Shown here piece by piece: positions 48,801 through 61,987 of a stretch of DNA of 64,000 nt; position 1 is the stretch's first letter; each line of letters begins with the position of its first letter. Made by a program: the position numbers and the translations under genes. The notes below the pieces were generated by a model. It was not told where the DNA came from and made no database searches. It was given only the letters and a program-made list of their open reading frames with translations. Source of the DNA: Cycas panzhihuaensis (taxonomy: Eukaryota; Plantae; Cycadophyta); contig CM041465.1 of NCBI GenBank assembly GCA_023213395.1, positions 152,217,741 to 152,281,740 of the forward strand, written 5' to 3'.

Positions 48801-51466
48801 TGAAGTAATTAATATTCTGCCAATTGAAAATTTTGAAAGAATATATTAAACAGGTGTAAGAAAAAAGCAGATTTAGGCCAATAAAATACTTCAACTTTAA
48901 CTAATTTGAAATATAAGCAAAATATATAAAAAATTATATCATAATGAAGAGAAATGAGTCAGCTTCCCAACGAAGTTGACGGAAATAAAATCTGATAAAA
49001 ATTGCAAAAGTTATAGTGAAAAATGTGACAAGTGTCTTTATGGAGAATGTTCAAGAAACAGACAAAAATAACTAATTTTCTTATTTTAGCGATTAAAATA
49101 TTAGTGAAAATGAAGTCAAAAAATTAAAGTAAAGGATGGGTATTAGAGTCTATATGATGTAGATTGCTATAGAGAAAATTTGGGCGCAAAATAATTTACC
49201 AAAAATAAATGACAGCCAGTTCAAAAACTGATTTTATTAAAAATGTAAAAAACGCTGAAATTTCGAAAGTCCAATGTTAAAAAGGTCGAAACAAGGTCAA
49301 ATGGGCACCAAATTGGTCTTATGACCAGTCGAAATCGATCTACGAAAAATTTGTGATCTGTTGGTATAGGTTTCGTCTGAAACCGATGAGCCAAAAAGAA
49401 GTTATGGCCTCAAAAACGCCAATAACCCTATTGAAAAATAAATTTTTTAAAAAATAAAGTTTAAAGTTGAAAAAACACTTATTAAAAAGTGGGCTTGAAG
49501 AAGGACTGAGCTGGGATTGAACCCAAGACCAGTTAGGAGGCAGAAACCTCTGATGCCAGGAGGGTGAACTCGCTCGTCGAGTTAAAAGGCAGAACTTAAA
49601 CCCTTTAAACCGAATTTTGAAGCATAAACGCACAAAAGCTATCACAATAATGAATGAATATAATGCCGCAATAATGATCAATATGATCGAGCGAAAGGGT
49701 GCTCAATAATATGCAAATATTCAAACTCAATAAACCAACCGAGTGCAATAAATGAATAATAAGAAAAGTGCACTCAAACGAATATGAGCGAGCGCAAACA
49801 TATATGTCAATAATAATCGAATAGGCGAATAGCAATGACAGAGATTACTAAAATGCAATGGTAATGAGAAAGACTTAGGGCTTAGCTACGACGCAGTCAA
49901 AATGGAAAGACGCCACTAAGCAGGCGTAATAATGACGCGGAAAAACGCCGGATGTAAATAGATTACAGATTACTAAACGGATCGGCATCGTGTAATACAT
50001 AATGCGAGATTACTAAAGCGAGCATAATAAATGCCGACGAAATGTAATGCAGATTACTATAACCAGATCGGTATCGTAATAAATGAGGCAGTAACGCACG
50101 CACAATGAAAGGGCAGAGTAACGCTAAACGCAATAACGCAGGCACAATGAAAGGCTGTGTATTAAATGAGGAATGGGATGCGAATGGACTGACCGTGTAT
50201 TAAATCACACCTGAGCCACAAATACAGATATAGTGCGAGGCCAAGGAGAGAGGCCAAGGACGCAGATCACACGCGCTGATGGAAACAATCACGAATAACG
50301 GAACGGATTGCGTATTGTATTCGAAACGGATTAGGCGCCGACCACGATGGCGATTTAATGAATGCTAACACAGAATTAACGGACTGCAGACTGTGTATAC
50401 ACTGTGTATTAAAGTGAGCGGAAATGATCAGTGTGTATTAAAGCACGGAACGGAACTTCACGGAGGATTAAAGCACACAGAACGAAGCGTGCAGATCACG
50501 TGGAACGGAAACGGAGATGCAGCAGAGTCAAATGCGTCACGGAGACGCAGATATGCCTTCTTAGGGTGACGGAGAGCAGAAAGGAGATGCATAAAGAGGA
50601 CGCACGATTTGTAGGACGAGGAATATGCATGCAAAAATGGCTCAGGATAGGTGAGGCGCAGAGGCCAGATGGAGAGTAAGTTTTGAAAGGAGAGGGCTAC
50701 ACAAAGAGATATGCACGGAGGCGAACACGCCAAAGAGGCAACGCAGGAGCACAGAGATGCAAGGAAACAGGGTAGCTAGCTCAAATTTGATGGACAGAAT
50801 AAACGGCTATATATATGTTTGTAAATAGATGTACAAATTGTAAAAAATAATCCAGTACACAAACTATAAATCGGAGATCAAAAGGAGCAAATAAGAGGCA
50901 TATATCAAAAATATTTATAAAATTAAAAAATGAAACGAAGAACCTGGTTTCCGTATGGAGAGCAAACTTCCGAGTGGGAGATCTTCCTCCACAGTGGATG
51001 GAATCCAGATCCGTCTTCTCCAGCAGATTGGTGAGCTCGCCAGAATCTCAACGGCGATCATATAGATATGTTCCGCCAGACGTTTGAGCAACTAAAACCA
51101 GAAAATAGACAACGTGGCTCTGATACCAAATGATGGAGCCGGAGGAGCAGAGCAGGACATCATGACGTTCTCATCTTAAGTACAACGGCAATTTCCAATA
51201 GAGTGGCGGTGTTAATAAACACCAGGGAGGTATTCCCAACCCTTATATAGAGAATTCAGGGAGGCATCGGGCGCCATCACCCTAGCTGCACAACAATTAA
51301 GGTTAGTTTGAAAAAATATAAAAAATAAATAGCGGTGATACGTACCTCACATGACTGGTCGGTCCGGGCGGCTATTGAACGGCTCAAGGTGCCCTAGGGG
51401 CCCTCAAAGGTGGCTTTGAGGGGCCCTAAGCGCTCTAGTGCACAAACATTGGGATTATTCCCAACA
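42820..51466 (-). mobile_element. Relatively young full-length Ty1/Copia element C (Ivana/Ale-like RT) with a 3.7-kb leader
   Basis: LTRs 51131-51466 (5') and 42820-43178 (3'), differing by 11 substitutions and a 23-bp indel; PBS reverse complement GGCTCTGATACCA at 51116-51128; PPT GGGGGAGAA; TSD ATATT at 42815-42819 and 51467-51471. Confidence 0.95.
43200..47388 (-). pseudogene. gag-pol of Copia C, broken mostly by small indels
   Basis: Gag IPKFDGNNFLNW, protease WYIDSGCSTHM, LWHRRFGHLN, INT MARCMLKDKNL, RT QMDVKSAFLNG...YVDDL, RH ADIFTKAL. Confidence 0.92.
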
Positions 51467-54400
51467 ATATTGACTTTCATGATATAAACAACACTTGTCC
51501 TAAAGATAATTTTCTGCTCCTTTTTATTAATTAGATCTAAGATAAAATCATCAACTTTGAAGTGATGTTTTTTATGGATCATTTTTTAGGCTTTAATCAA
51601 ATCCTTATCTCACTTGAAGACCACTATAAGACTACCTTCATCACCCCTTGGGATATATTTCTTTATAAGGTTACACCCTTTGGTCTCAAAAATGCTGGTG
51701 CAACTTACTAGCAAGCCATAATCTTTATCTTTCATGACTTATTGGGACATACTATAGCAGTATACCTTGATGACATGCCAGATCTATCACGTCATCAAGG
51801 GGACCACATTCATGACCTAAATACGATCTTTGAAAGATGTCAAAAATACTAACTTTATTTAAACCATAACAAATGTATTTTTATAGTTGCCTCTGGAAAG
51901 ATGCTCAGTAACATTATCTCTAAAGATGGTATTTATTGTAGATTCAAATAATGTTTTAGCCATCATTAATATGCCACCATCACATACTTAAAAATAAGTA
52001 AAATCCTTCTTGAATAGACTTGGTTTTTTATGACAAATCATCATTGGCTTTGCCCTAAATGCTAAACCCTTAACCAACCTCCTTAAGAAAAGTGTCTTAT
52101 TAAATGGACCACAACCACTCAAGAATCTTTTGGTAAGCTTAAAAAAACCCTTATATTGGCTCTCATCCTTGCCTCACCTAATTTTGATAAGTCATTTATC
52201 CTATATACTACCTTAATGGACGAATCTTTGGGTGCTATGTTACCCCAAGAAGATGAATTTTTTAAAGAATAGGTTATCTACTTCATTAGTAGTACTTTGG
52301 TAACTATCAGGATTAACTATTCCTCATCTAAAAAAGAGTGTTTGGCCTTGATTTATGCTACCAAAAGGTTATGATATTACTTGCTAAGCAATACTACTCT
52401 TGTGATCCTCCAATCAGATCTGATTCATCTACTACTCACCAAGATGGACTTAATAGGATGAGCTGGTAGGTGGGCCCTTCTACTATAAGAATTTGACTTA
52501 AGAGTAGTTAATTAAAAGTCAAAAAAGGAATAGTTATTATCAAATAGCTAGCTACAACACCACTTCCCAATTATAATTCCACCATTATCAATGACTTGCT
52601 CCTAGATGAACATATCCTACAAATTAACATTATCCCCATTGATCATAACTAGTATGATGACATTCGTGTTTATCTCTTAGATTAAACTTAGCCCCTTAAT
52701 GTCAATTCCAAGAAGAGAAAAAGAATAAGGGCCTTTACTCACTAATACCTTCTTTTAGATGACACATTATATAAATAATCTTTTGATGGAATCTTGTTAA
52801 GGTGTCTTCCACCTTTAGGGGCCCTGCTTTGGCCAAATACCATAATGACATTTGTGGTGGTCATTTCAGTGGTAAGCCAACATTCTTATGAACCCTTTAA
52901 ATGGGTTATTATTGGCCATTTCTATTTAGAGATGCACATTCATATATGCAAAAGTGTAAAAAATGCTAACATATTCCTCTTTGATCCATCAACTAGCCAG
53001 TTCACTCAGATTGATCCTTGCCCCTTGGCCATTCTCTCAATGGGGTCTTAACCTTATTGGGTAAATTTACCCCCCATCTTCTACCAAACATAAGTACATC
53101 CTAACCACAATTGAATATTTTATAAAATGGAGTGAGGCAATCCCTTTGACAAATGCCACTAGAAAAGTAGTTACCACTTTCATCTTCCAATATATAATCT
53201 ACTAGTTTGGAGTCCTTAACATTATCATCATGGATAATAAAACCCTATTTTGCAATTCTCAAGTTAACAAACTTTATAATCAATTTTATATTACCCATAG
53301 GACATCATCCCCTTACTGCCTATAGACTAATGGCCAAATTGAAGCCTTCAACAAAACCTTGATAAAGGTCTCAGCTAAAAGGATTGTTGACTACCAACAA
53401 GATTGGCATACTAAACTTTTCCTTACTTTGTGGACTTATTGTACTTCAATTAGGATAGCTATACGGATGACTCCTTTTTCATTAGTCTATGCAACTAAAG
53501 TCATACTACCATTAGAGATTAAGATCCCCTCACTTAAGGTATCATTTAAACACTTCATTGACAAAGAATGGTTGAGGCAAGTAAGACTTTTAGAACTTAA
53601 GAAGATGGATGAAATCCATCTCGATCCCTATGAAAAGAACTTGGCCTTAAAACATCAAGGCCAGGTAGCTCATGGTCAACATATGAGACCAAGGAAATTT
53701 CATGTAGGAGACAAAGTACTTAAGCTTGAATATTTATATGAAAAATAATAAAAAATTAACTCCAAGTAGGTAGGCCTTATTTAGTTATTAAATATCTAAA
53801 TAATGGAGCCAATTGTCTCTCTACCCTTGATGGGCTCAAGTTCTAAATACCCATTAATTCTTAATTTTTAAGAAAGTATTATGCTTAGACTATCTCCATA
53901 ATAAAAATAAACTATGACTCTAAAATTCTTCGTATTAACAAACCTAAACTATATTAGGTTAAACATCTTACTTTCCCCAAGACTCATGCTTGGGGGTCAC
54001 CACTCCAAAAATGAGTAGAAACTAAATGTATATACTTTGTTATCCAAAAAATACAAAAGAAAATTAAAACAATGAAATAACAAAAAATATATACTTGCAT
54101 CATTCCCCTTTTCTTCACTTTATTCGAAGCCTTTTCAAGTTTCATCCTCCCTTAACTTAGGTTAATATGATAATCCTTGATTATTCATGTAACTAGTCAA
54201 CTTCTTCATTTAGTGTTCTATGGTGCCCAAGTAGCTTCTACCTTAGATAAGTCATAAATATTCGTGGTACTATCTCTTATTCTTGACTTGTTTAAACTAC
54301 CTAATAACTTTCCCTATACTCTAAATGATTAAAATGTTCTTCATCCCTTAGTCAATTGGTGAGCCACCTATTAGCCTCCTCATCTACCCTTTATAGTCTA

Positions 54401-55031
54401 TAATTTATCTTCTAAGCAATTAGAAATTTGCTTGTGTAAGTGATTATGTATTATCTTTCTTTCTCACATGGTTCATTGGGTACTTAGTACTAAATTCAAC
54501 CTTGCTGGTAGTACCCCTTCTACTCCTTGATAGTTAGTTGTTCAAGACCTTCCCTTCTACCCTTAAGGGACACTTTGATTGAACATCTTATAAATACCCA
54601 TAAGTTTTCTCTCAAGGGCATGACTTTAAGCTTTTTATCACTTATATCCCTTTAAATCCTAATCCCCTATGGTTTTGCTAATCATGAATACACTCTTAGT
54701 CATTCTCATGCACTACACCTTGACAAAAATTGTGTGACGATTGTAGTCACCTATCCTCTAATAGCCATGAGGGTGGATGAGATGATCCATCTAGAATATG
54801 GCTTTAACAATGTTAAGTTTACCTTAACCCTTATCTAAACCATCATATGGAGTGATACCTTTTCAAAAGAAAAAAAAAAAAGGAAAAGAGAGAGAGAAAA
54901 TTTGTGTATATAATGGTTAGCACCTTTTTGGCATTTGGGACATGTTGTGTGTCAACTTTGTTTCCACCTGCAACATGTAGTTCAGATCCAATTGTGTGTA
55001 TCATATAGGAGCCATTGATCCAATTATTTAG

Positions 55032-58000
55032 TGATCCAAAAATAGAGCTTAATTGGTGAAGAAGTCAATTATCAACCTTTTCTCCTTGAGATCCTGGGAG
55101 TTAGTGTAGAAATCCCAATAACATCAAAACAAAAATGAGCTCACAAAAGGAAATTCTACACCAAATCATTTAATTTTGACATTGCTCTAAAAGTATGAGG
55201 AGTAGTACTTTTATTAAACTATGAAAATCTCCATTTAATGGTGGAGAAATCAACTAGCAAAAGAATGGTTAAATTACAAGGAATAAATGATACAATTATA
55301 CCATAAGGGGGACTCCAACCCTCCAAAATGCTTCTCCAAGGATGCTTCCAAGTCAAGTGCCTTTCACCTCTAAGAACCACCTCTCCAACCTGTAATAGGG
55401 CTCAATTTATAGAAAGAAACCTAAATTGCATGTTTAACAAGTGGCAATCATGCAAGTATAACCACTAACCACCAGAACGCATGTTGTCTAAGTGGCCTTC
55501 ATGCAATTCTTAAACATTGCATCTTGTAACTAACCTTAACGGACTCTAATTTAGCTCAAATTTTGGTACACATATAGAAACACATATCCCCTCCGTTTCC
55601 TCAAAATTGTAGCTTATTTGGATGTCATTTGACTGCATTTGTATTCATTTAATGATAATATGTATTTGTTATTTTTCTGCTAGCTATGGGATTAATTTTA
55701 TGCAAAATAATGCTTGAACTCTAATCAAATGATATTTTCTAAACCCCACCTTTTGTAGACATGTAGTGGGATGTGTCTTCTTCCTTTACATAAAATTTCA
55801 TATAATTTTGATACCATTTGGCCATAACTCTTTCAGTTATGCCAATGCCTAGCATTTTCTACATCCTGTAAACATATGGTAGATCCTCCTGGATCATGGC
55901 TTCCCTTCCTTGGAAAATAGCCAACTCCTATTTGGCTTAGAATTGGAGATGAGGGAAGTGTTGTTCTCCTTATTGCTTACTAAACCACTTGGCCTTACTA
56001 GGCAATTATCCTGCTACTCCAATCCTGAAAGATTCATGTGTCTTATGTCCTATTTTGGTAGATTTTCTCGCCAAGATACAATCTTCCTTGAGAGGCTCCT
56101 CACTTTCCAAATACAAGTTATCAACTAAAGGTAAAGTGAACTGGTCCTGTTCCTCATCTAACATGGAGGGCTCAAAGAGTTTTAAGTATTCAACATTTAC
56201 TACTGAATATATTTGCATATAAGGTGGAAGATCAAGTTGGAAAGCATTGCCACCTACTTTTCTCAAAATTTTGAATGGTCCATACCTTATAGGTTTGAGT
56301 TTCTTGCCTTCTCCTTTTAACCTCTCCTTGCTCAAGTATAACCATACTAAATCTCCTTCTTGAAACCTACACTCTTTCCTATGCTTGTCATGTCTTTCCT
56401 TATACTTTTGTTGAGTCCTTAGAAGTTGATCATGTACTTCTTTGTGGACTCTCTGGATCTTCTCCAAGTATCTTAAAGCCTTATCATGCTCCTCCTTCTC
56501 TTTGACAGATCCTCCTTTGGATTGCATGGAAAACTCTAAGTCAAGTAGACTTTAAGGCAAGTATCCCAAACAAACTTCAAAAGGTGCTTTAGAGTGTGAT
56601 GCATGCATTGCTCTATTAAATGCAAATTGTAGAAAAGCCAATGATTCATCCCAAGTCTTTGGATGCTTAGAATTGTATCCTCTCAATAAATGTACCAAAG
56701 TTCTATTCACTACTTCAGTTTGTCCATCTGTTTGAGGATGGAAACTTGTACTCCTCTTCAATGTGGTATCCATCATCTTCCATAGTGACTTCCAAAATGA
56801 TGAAAGGAATCGAGTGTCCTGATCTGAAATGATGGAATAAGATAAGCCAAAATTCTTCCATATATGCTTAAAGAATAACTCAACTGCTCCTATTCCTATG
56901 ATTGTCTTCTTACAAGGTATTAGACATATTATTTTATTAAATCTATCTACAACAACAAAGAGATAATCATGTCCCTTCCTAGTCATGGGAAGTCCCCCTA
57001 AGAACTCAATGGAGATACTTTCCCAAGGTCTAGTGGGAATAGGAAGTGGTGTATACAATCCTAATTTTCTAGAAGAAGGCTTAGAAGTATTACACGTTAC
57101 ACATCCTTTTACATATTTTTTTACATCATTTTACATTTTTGTCCATATAATATATCTTCTCAAGTTTGCTAAAGTCTTCTCTATACCAAAGTGACTAGCT
57201 ACTTTAGAAGTATGGGCTTCTCTAAGCCACTTGATCTTGTCTCCTTTTGATGGAACACAGAGTTGCTCCCCTTTGAAAAGTAGACCATCCTTCTAAGCAA
57301 GCTAGGAAGGTCTTCCTTTCACTAGGTTCTCTAATTCTTCCTTCAAAGATTCATCTTCATGGTACAAGTCTTTGTACTCTTCATGATGCATTGGCTCCAC
57401 CTGCAAACTCATAAGAGAACTACAAATAAAAGTAGAAGAAGAAGTAGAACAAGGTGGTCTAGATAACATATCAACAATTTTGTTAGTAGATCCCCTTTTG
57501 TACTTAATTACGATATTGAATTGTTGTAAATAACTCATCCACTTCATGTGTCTTGCTTGTTGTAATTTACTTTGGGTTTATAAAAATTGAAGAGGCTTAT
57601 GATCGGTATGAACTACAACCTCTTTTCCAAGTAAGTAGGACTTCCAATGCTTGCATGCTTAATGAAGTGCGAATATTTCTTGATCATATGTCGGGTAGTT
57701 TTTTACTTGAGGGGTGAAGACTTATGAATGGTAAGCAATAGGCTTCCCATCTTGAATAAGGACATCTCCCATCATATTTCCACTTGCATTAGCTTCTACT
57801 TCAAAAGGCCTTTAGAAATTTGGCATTGCCAAAACCGGTGCTTCACAAATTTTCTTCTTTAAAAGAAGAAAAGCTTCTTCCTCCTTGGAACCCCAAGTAA
57901 ACTTTTTACTAGATTTTGTCAATCCATGTAGAGGTCTTTGCAACTTTGTGAGAAATGAAGAATAAACTTTCTCAAGTATTGACAAGCTCCTAAAAAACTT

Positions 58001-61000
58001 CTCACCTCTGTGATGTTTATTGGCCTAGACCATTTGAGGATGGCTTGAGTCTTGAGTGGATCGATGCTCAACTTTTCTCCTCCAACAACAAAGCCTAAGA
58101 AGATCAAGTTCTCCTTGCTAAATTCACACTTCTTCACATTAAGCTTCAAATGATACTTAGCCATAGTCTTTAAAACTTCTTCTATGTGCTGCAAATGTTC
58201 CTACCATATGTTGCTAAAAATCAAAATGTCATCAAGATAAACAATAACAAAATTATCCAAGTAAGGCCTTAACATTTCATTCATTAGCCTCATGAATGTT
58301 GCAGGAGCATTACACAATCTGAAAGGCATAACCATCCATTCAAAGAGTCCTTGCTTTGTTTTAAAGGTTGTCTTCCATGTGTCCTCCTCCTTGACCCTAA
58401 CTTGGTGATAACCGCTTTTCAAATCCAACTTAGTAAAATAACAAGCATGCTGAATTTGATCAAGCAAATCATCTATGTGAGGCAAAGGGTAGTGATTTTT
58501 AATTGTAATTTTATTCAAAGCACGAAAGTCTATACACATTCTCCATCCTTCATCCTTCTTAGGCACCAAGACAATTGGTGACCCGCAAGGTGAACATAAA
58601 GGTCTTATGACCCCTTGATCAAGTAACTCCTTAACTTGCCTCTTTATCTCATTATTCTCTACAATGGAGTGCCTATACAAAGTAACATTAGGCAATGGTG
58701 CATCTCCTACAAGTGTGATTTCATGCTCTATCTTTCTCTTTGGTGGTAGCCCATCAACATGTTGAAATAGAATATCATACCTTGTCTTTAACTCCTTAAT
58801 TTGTTGCATTTATTTAGGTGATATAAGAAGAGTATCAGTAGAAGGACCTTCTTCATCTCCTGGCTCTTCTTTTCTCCTTACCATTAAGATGATGAATTTA
58901 CCACATGCATTGATCATCCTTTTTGCTTGAGTGGTTGAAATTAATGCTATCTTATCCAAGTGCTTCTTTGTGGCCTTTATGATGAAGCCCTTGTTATCCT
59001 TCATCAACCGATACTTTCTCTCCCTTCGATAGAAGAGTGCATCTCGATCCCACAAGTAGGGACTCCCAAGCAGAACATGGCATACATCTAATGGCACCAC
59101 ATCATATATTACTTCATTAACAAAATCATTAGTGATGGAAAATTTAAGTGTACATTGCTTTGATATTTACATTTCCACATCTTTATGGATCCAACTAAGA
59201 GGATATGGGTGAGGGTGAGGAGTAGTTACCAACCCAATGCTCTTTACCAAACTTTCCGAGATCAAATTCTTTTGGCTCCCCATATCTATAATGGCACCAA
59301 TAATATTATTTCCTACTTGAAGCTTCAAGTGAAATAATTCCTCCCTTGTAGCATCATCTCCATAATTTGTAAGTAGAGTAACCTTCTCTCCTTCTCCTTC
59401 ACTTTGAATCTCCACCTCAGAAAGTAGTGTTTTGCCTTTTTCCTTCTTTCTTAATTCCATATCCTTGATATGCTTTGGCTTTAGCTCTGGATGCAACTTC
59501 CAACACTTTGCTGCAATATGACCACTAATATCACAATGCTCACAATAGTTAGAACTTTTAACAAAATTAGTTATTTTCTTCTTTCCTTCTTGCCTTTTAG
59601 ATGAGTGTAATTTAGAATTCTTTTCATACTTATTAGAAGTAAAAGTAGAATCTTTAGATATGAATGTAGGTTTCTTGCTTTTACTTTCTATTGCCATAGC
59701 CATTCTACTTGCTTCTCCAATGGATTGAACCTTAAAAAGCCTTAGTTCCTTTCTTATGTATTCATGTAATACTCTAATGAATTTCATAAGAGTGATATGT
59801 TCATCCATATTAATACCAAGTAGCATGCCATACCTAAAAAATAAAGAAGTATAGTCTTGGACACATACACCTCTCCCTTGGCATAAATATTTCTAAGTGA
59901 CCCATTGGTCTTCCTCATGACCTATGGGGTAGTATTGCTTCTTTATTATTTTCTTAAAATCCATCCATGAAAAAGAAGATATATCATGAGTCTTCAAATA
60001 TGCATTCCACCATGTCAATGTATGTTTACACAACTTGAGCCTAGCAAATGAAAGCTTTTGAGCATTACTATAAGCATAAATTGTGAAGTAGGTTTCAAGT
60101 TGATCTAACCAATGGTCAAACTTTTCAGCATTTACCTCTCCATCATAAGTTTGAATATCCAACTTTGCATCCACCTTGAAGGGTTGATGAGATGAAGTAC
60201 CCTTGCTTTCTTCAAATGAGTGCTTTAAGGTCTCCTCCTCTTCCTCTTCATGGTTGTGGTCATATATGGATCCTCCTTCAACTTCCTTCTCTTTGCCTTT
60301 TCCCTTGACTAGAGGTAGAAGTTGGGTCATCATTTTCATCAAGACTTCTACGTTCTTCTCAAGCTTTTCAAATCTAATTTCTCCATCTTCTTTTTCAGCC
60401 ATGGTGCTTGGATTCTTTCTTTGTCTTCTTGGTAATTGCAACACAAGAAAAGCTTCACCTTTCTCTTTGTATCCTTTCCTTGTTTGTACTATTCAAGTCC
60501 CCACAACAAAGATCACATGCTTTGATACCAAAATATGATCCCAAAATAGAGCTTAATTGGTGAAGAAGTTAATTATCAACCTTTTTTCCTTGAGATCATG
60601 GGAGGTAGTGTAGAAATCCCAATAATATCAAAACAAAAATGAGCCCACAAAAGGAAATTCTACACCAAATCATTTAATTTTGACATTGCTCTGAAAGTAT
60701 GAGGAGTAGTACTTTTATTAAACTATGAAAATCTCTATTTAATGGTGGAGAAATCAACTAGCAAAAGAATGGTTAAATTACAAGGAATAAATGATACAAT
60801 TATACCATAAGGGGGACTCCAACCCTCCAAAATGCTTCTCCAAGGATGCTTCCCAAATAAAGTGCCTTTCAGCTCTAAGAACCACCTCTCCAACCTATAA
60901 TAGGGCTCAATTTATAGAAAGAAACCCAAATTTCATGTTTAACAAGTGGCAATCATACAAGTATAAGCACTAACCACCAAAATGCATGTTGTCCAAGTGG

Positions 61001-61400
61001 CCTTCATGCAATTCTTAAAAGTTGTATCTTGTAACTGACCTTAACTAACTCTAATTCAGCTTAAATTTAGTACACATATGGGAACACATGTTCCCTTCCC
61101 TTCCTCAAAATTTTAGCTCATTTGGATGTCATTTGACTGCATTTTTATTTATTTAATGATAATATGTATTTGTTTATTTTCTGCTAGCTGTGGAATTAAT
61201 TTTATGTAAAACAAGGCTTGAACTCTAATCAAATGATATTTTCTGAATCCCACCTTTTGGACACATGTAGTGGGATGTGTCTTGTTCCTTTACATAAAAT
61301 TTCAAATAATTTTGATACCATTTGGCCATATCTCTTTCAGTTATTCCAATGCCTAGCATTTTCTGCATCCTGTAAACATATGGTAGATCCTCCTGGATCA
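55032..61400 (-). mobile_element. Full-length Ty3/Gypsy chromovirus (CRM-like protease), few stops
   Basis: 865-bp LTRs 60536-61400 (5') and 55032-55896 (3'); PBS reverse complement GCTTTGATACCA at 60519-60530; PPT AAGGAAGGGAAG; TSD TTTAG at 55027-55031 and 61401-61405. Confidence 0.95.
55935..60444 (-). pseudogene. gag-pol of the chromovirus element
   Basis: CCHC CEHCDISGHIAAKC, protease IIDMGSQKNLIS, RT WRMCIDFRALNK...VYLDD, INT HPQTDGQTEVVNR, RYGPFKIL, C-terminal chromo-like tail. Confidence 0.93.
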
Positions 61401-61584
61401 TTTAGGCCCACTGTGACCTCAATTATGATCAAAATCTATTCAACATTTAAAAGGTTATACATTAAGTTGGGAAAAGGTGGATTATGATGATGAAACCAAA
61501 CCATGGAGAACCTATCTGCCTAGTTGACTCACATACCTTCCCCCTATTCATTAGGTTGTCTCCGAGTTTGTATCCTTCCCCATT

Positions 61585-61987
61585 ATGGCCTTGAACATCT
61601 ATACTAATGGTGGGAGCCAAGGGAACCCAAGAATTTTCGTTGTAATATGGGTCATCCAAGATCATATGGGAACTATTCTCACTAATGCTAGCATCTTCAT
61701 CCCATAAGTAACCAATAATAAAGCCAAGTATCTAAGTCATTGGAGCTCTTATTAATGTTCTTAACTTTCATAATAGACCTACCAATATATTTTTATATTC
61801 TTAAATCATAGTTTACCAACTCACATATTTTTATCAAACTCATTTGAGCCATTTGCATTCTTTACTTGATGATGTTACTACCCTATTAATATAATTTTTT
61901 ATTATTACAACTTAACACATTCCAAGAACCTAAAATATTAAAGCTAACTTTCTTGCCTCCCATATAATTAAATGCCATCATTTATAG
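61585..61987 (+). pseudogene. Free-standing archaeal-type RNase H (aRH) ORF of relic 2
   Basis: MALNIYTNGGSQGNPR...TNNKAKY...S*IIVYQLT...HIPRT*NIKANFLASHIIKCHHL*; same start and end as 129-530. Confidence 0.83.
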
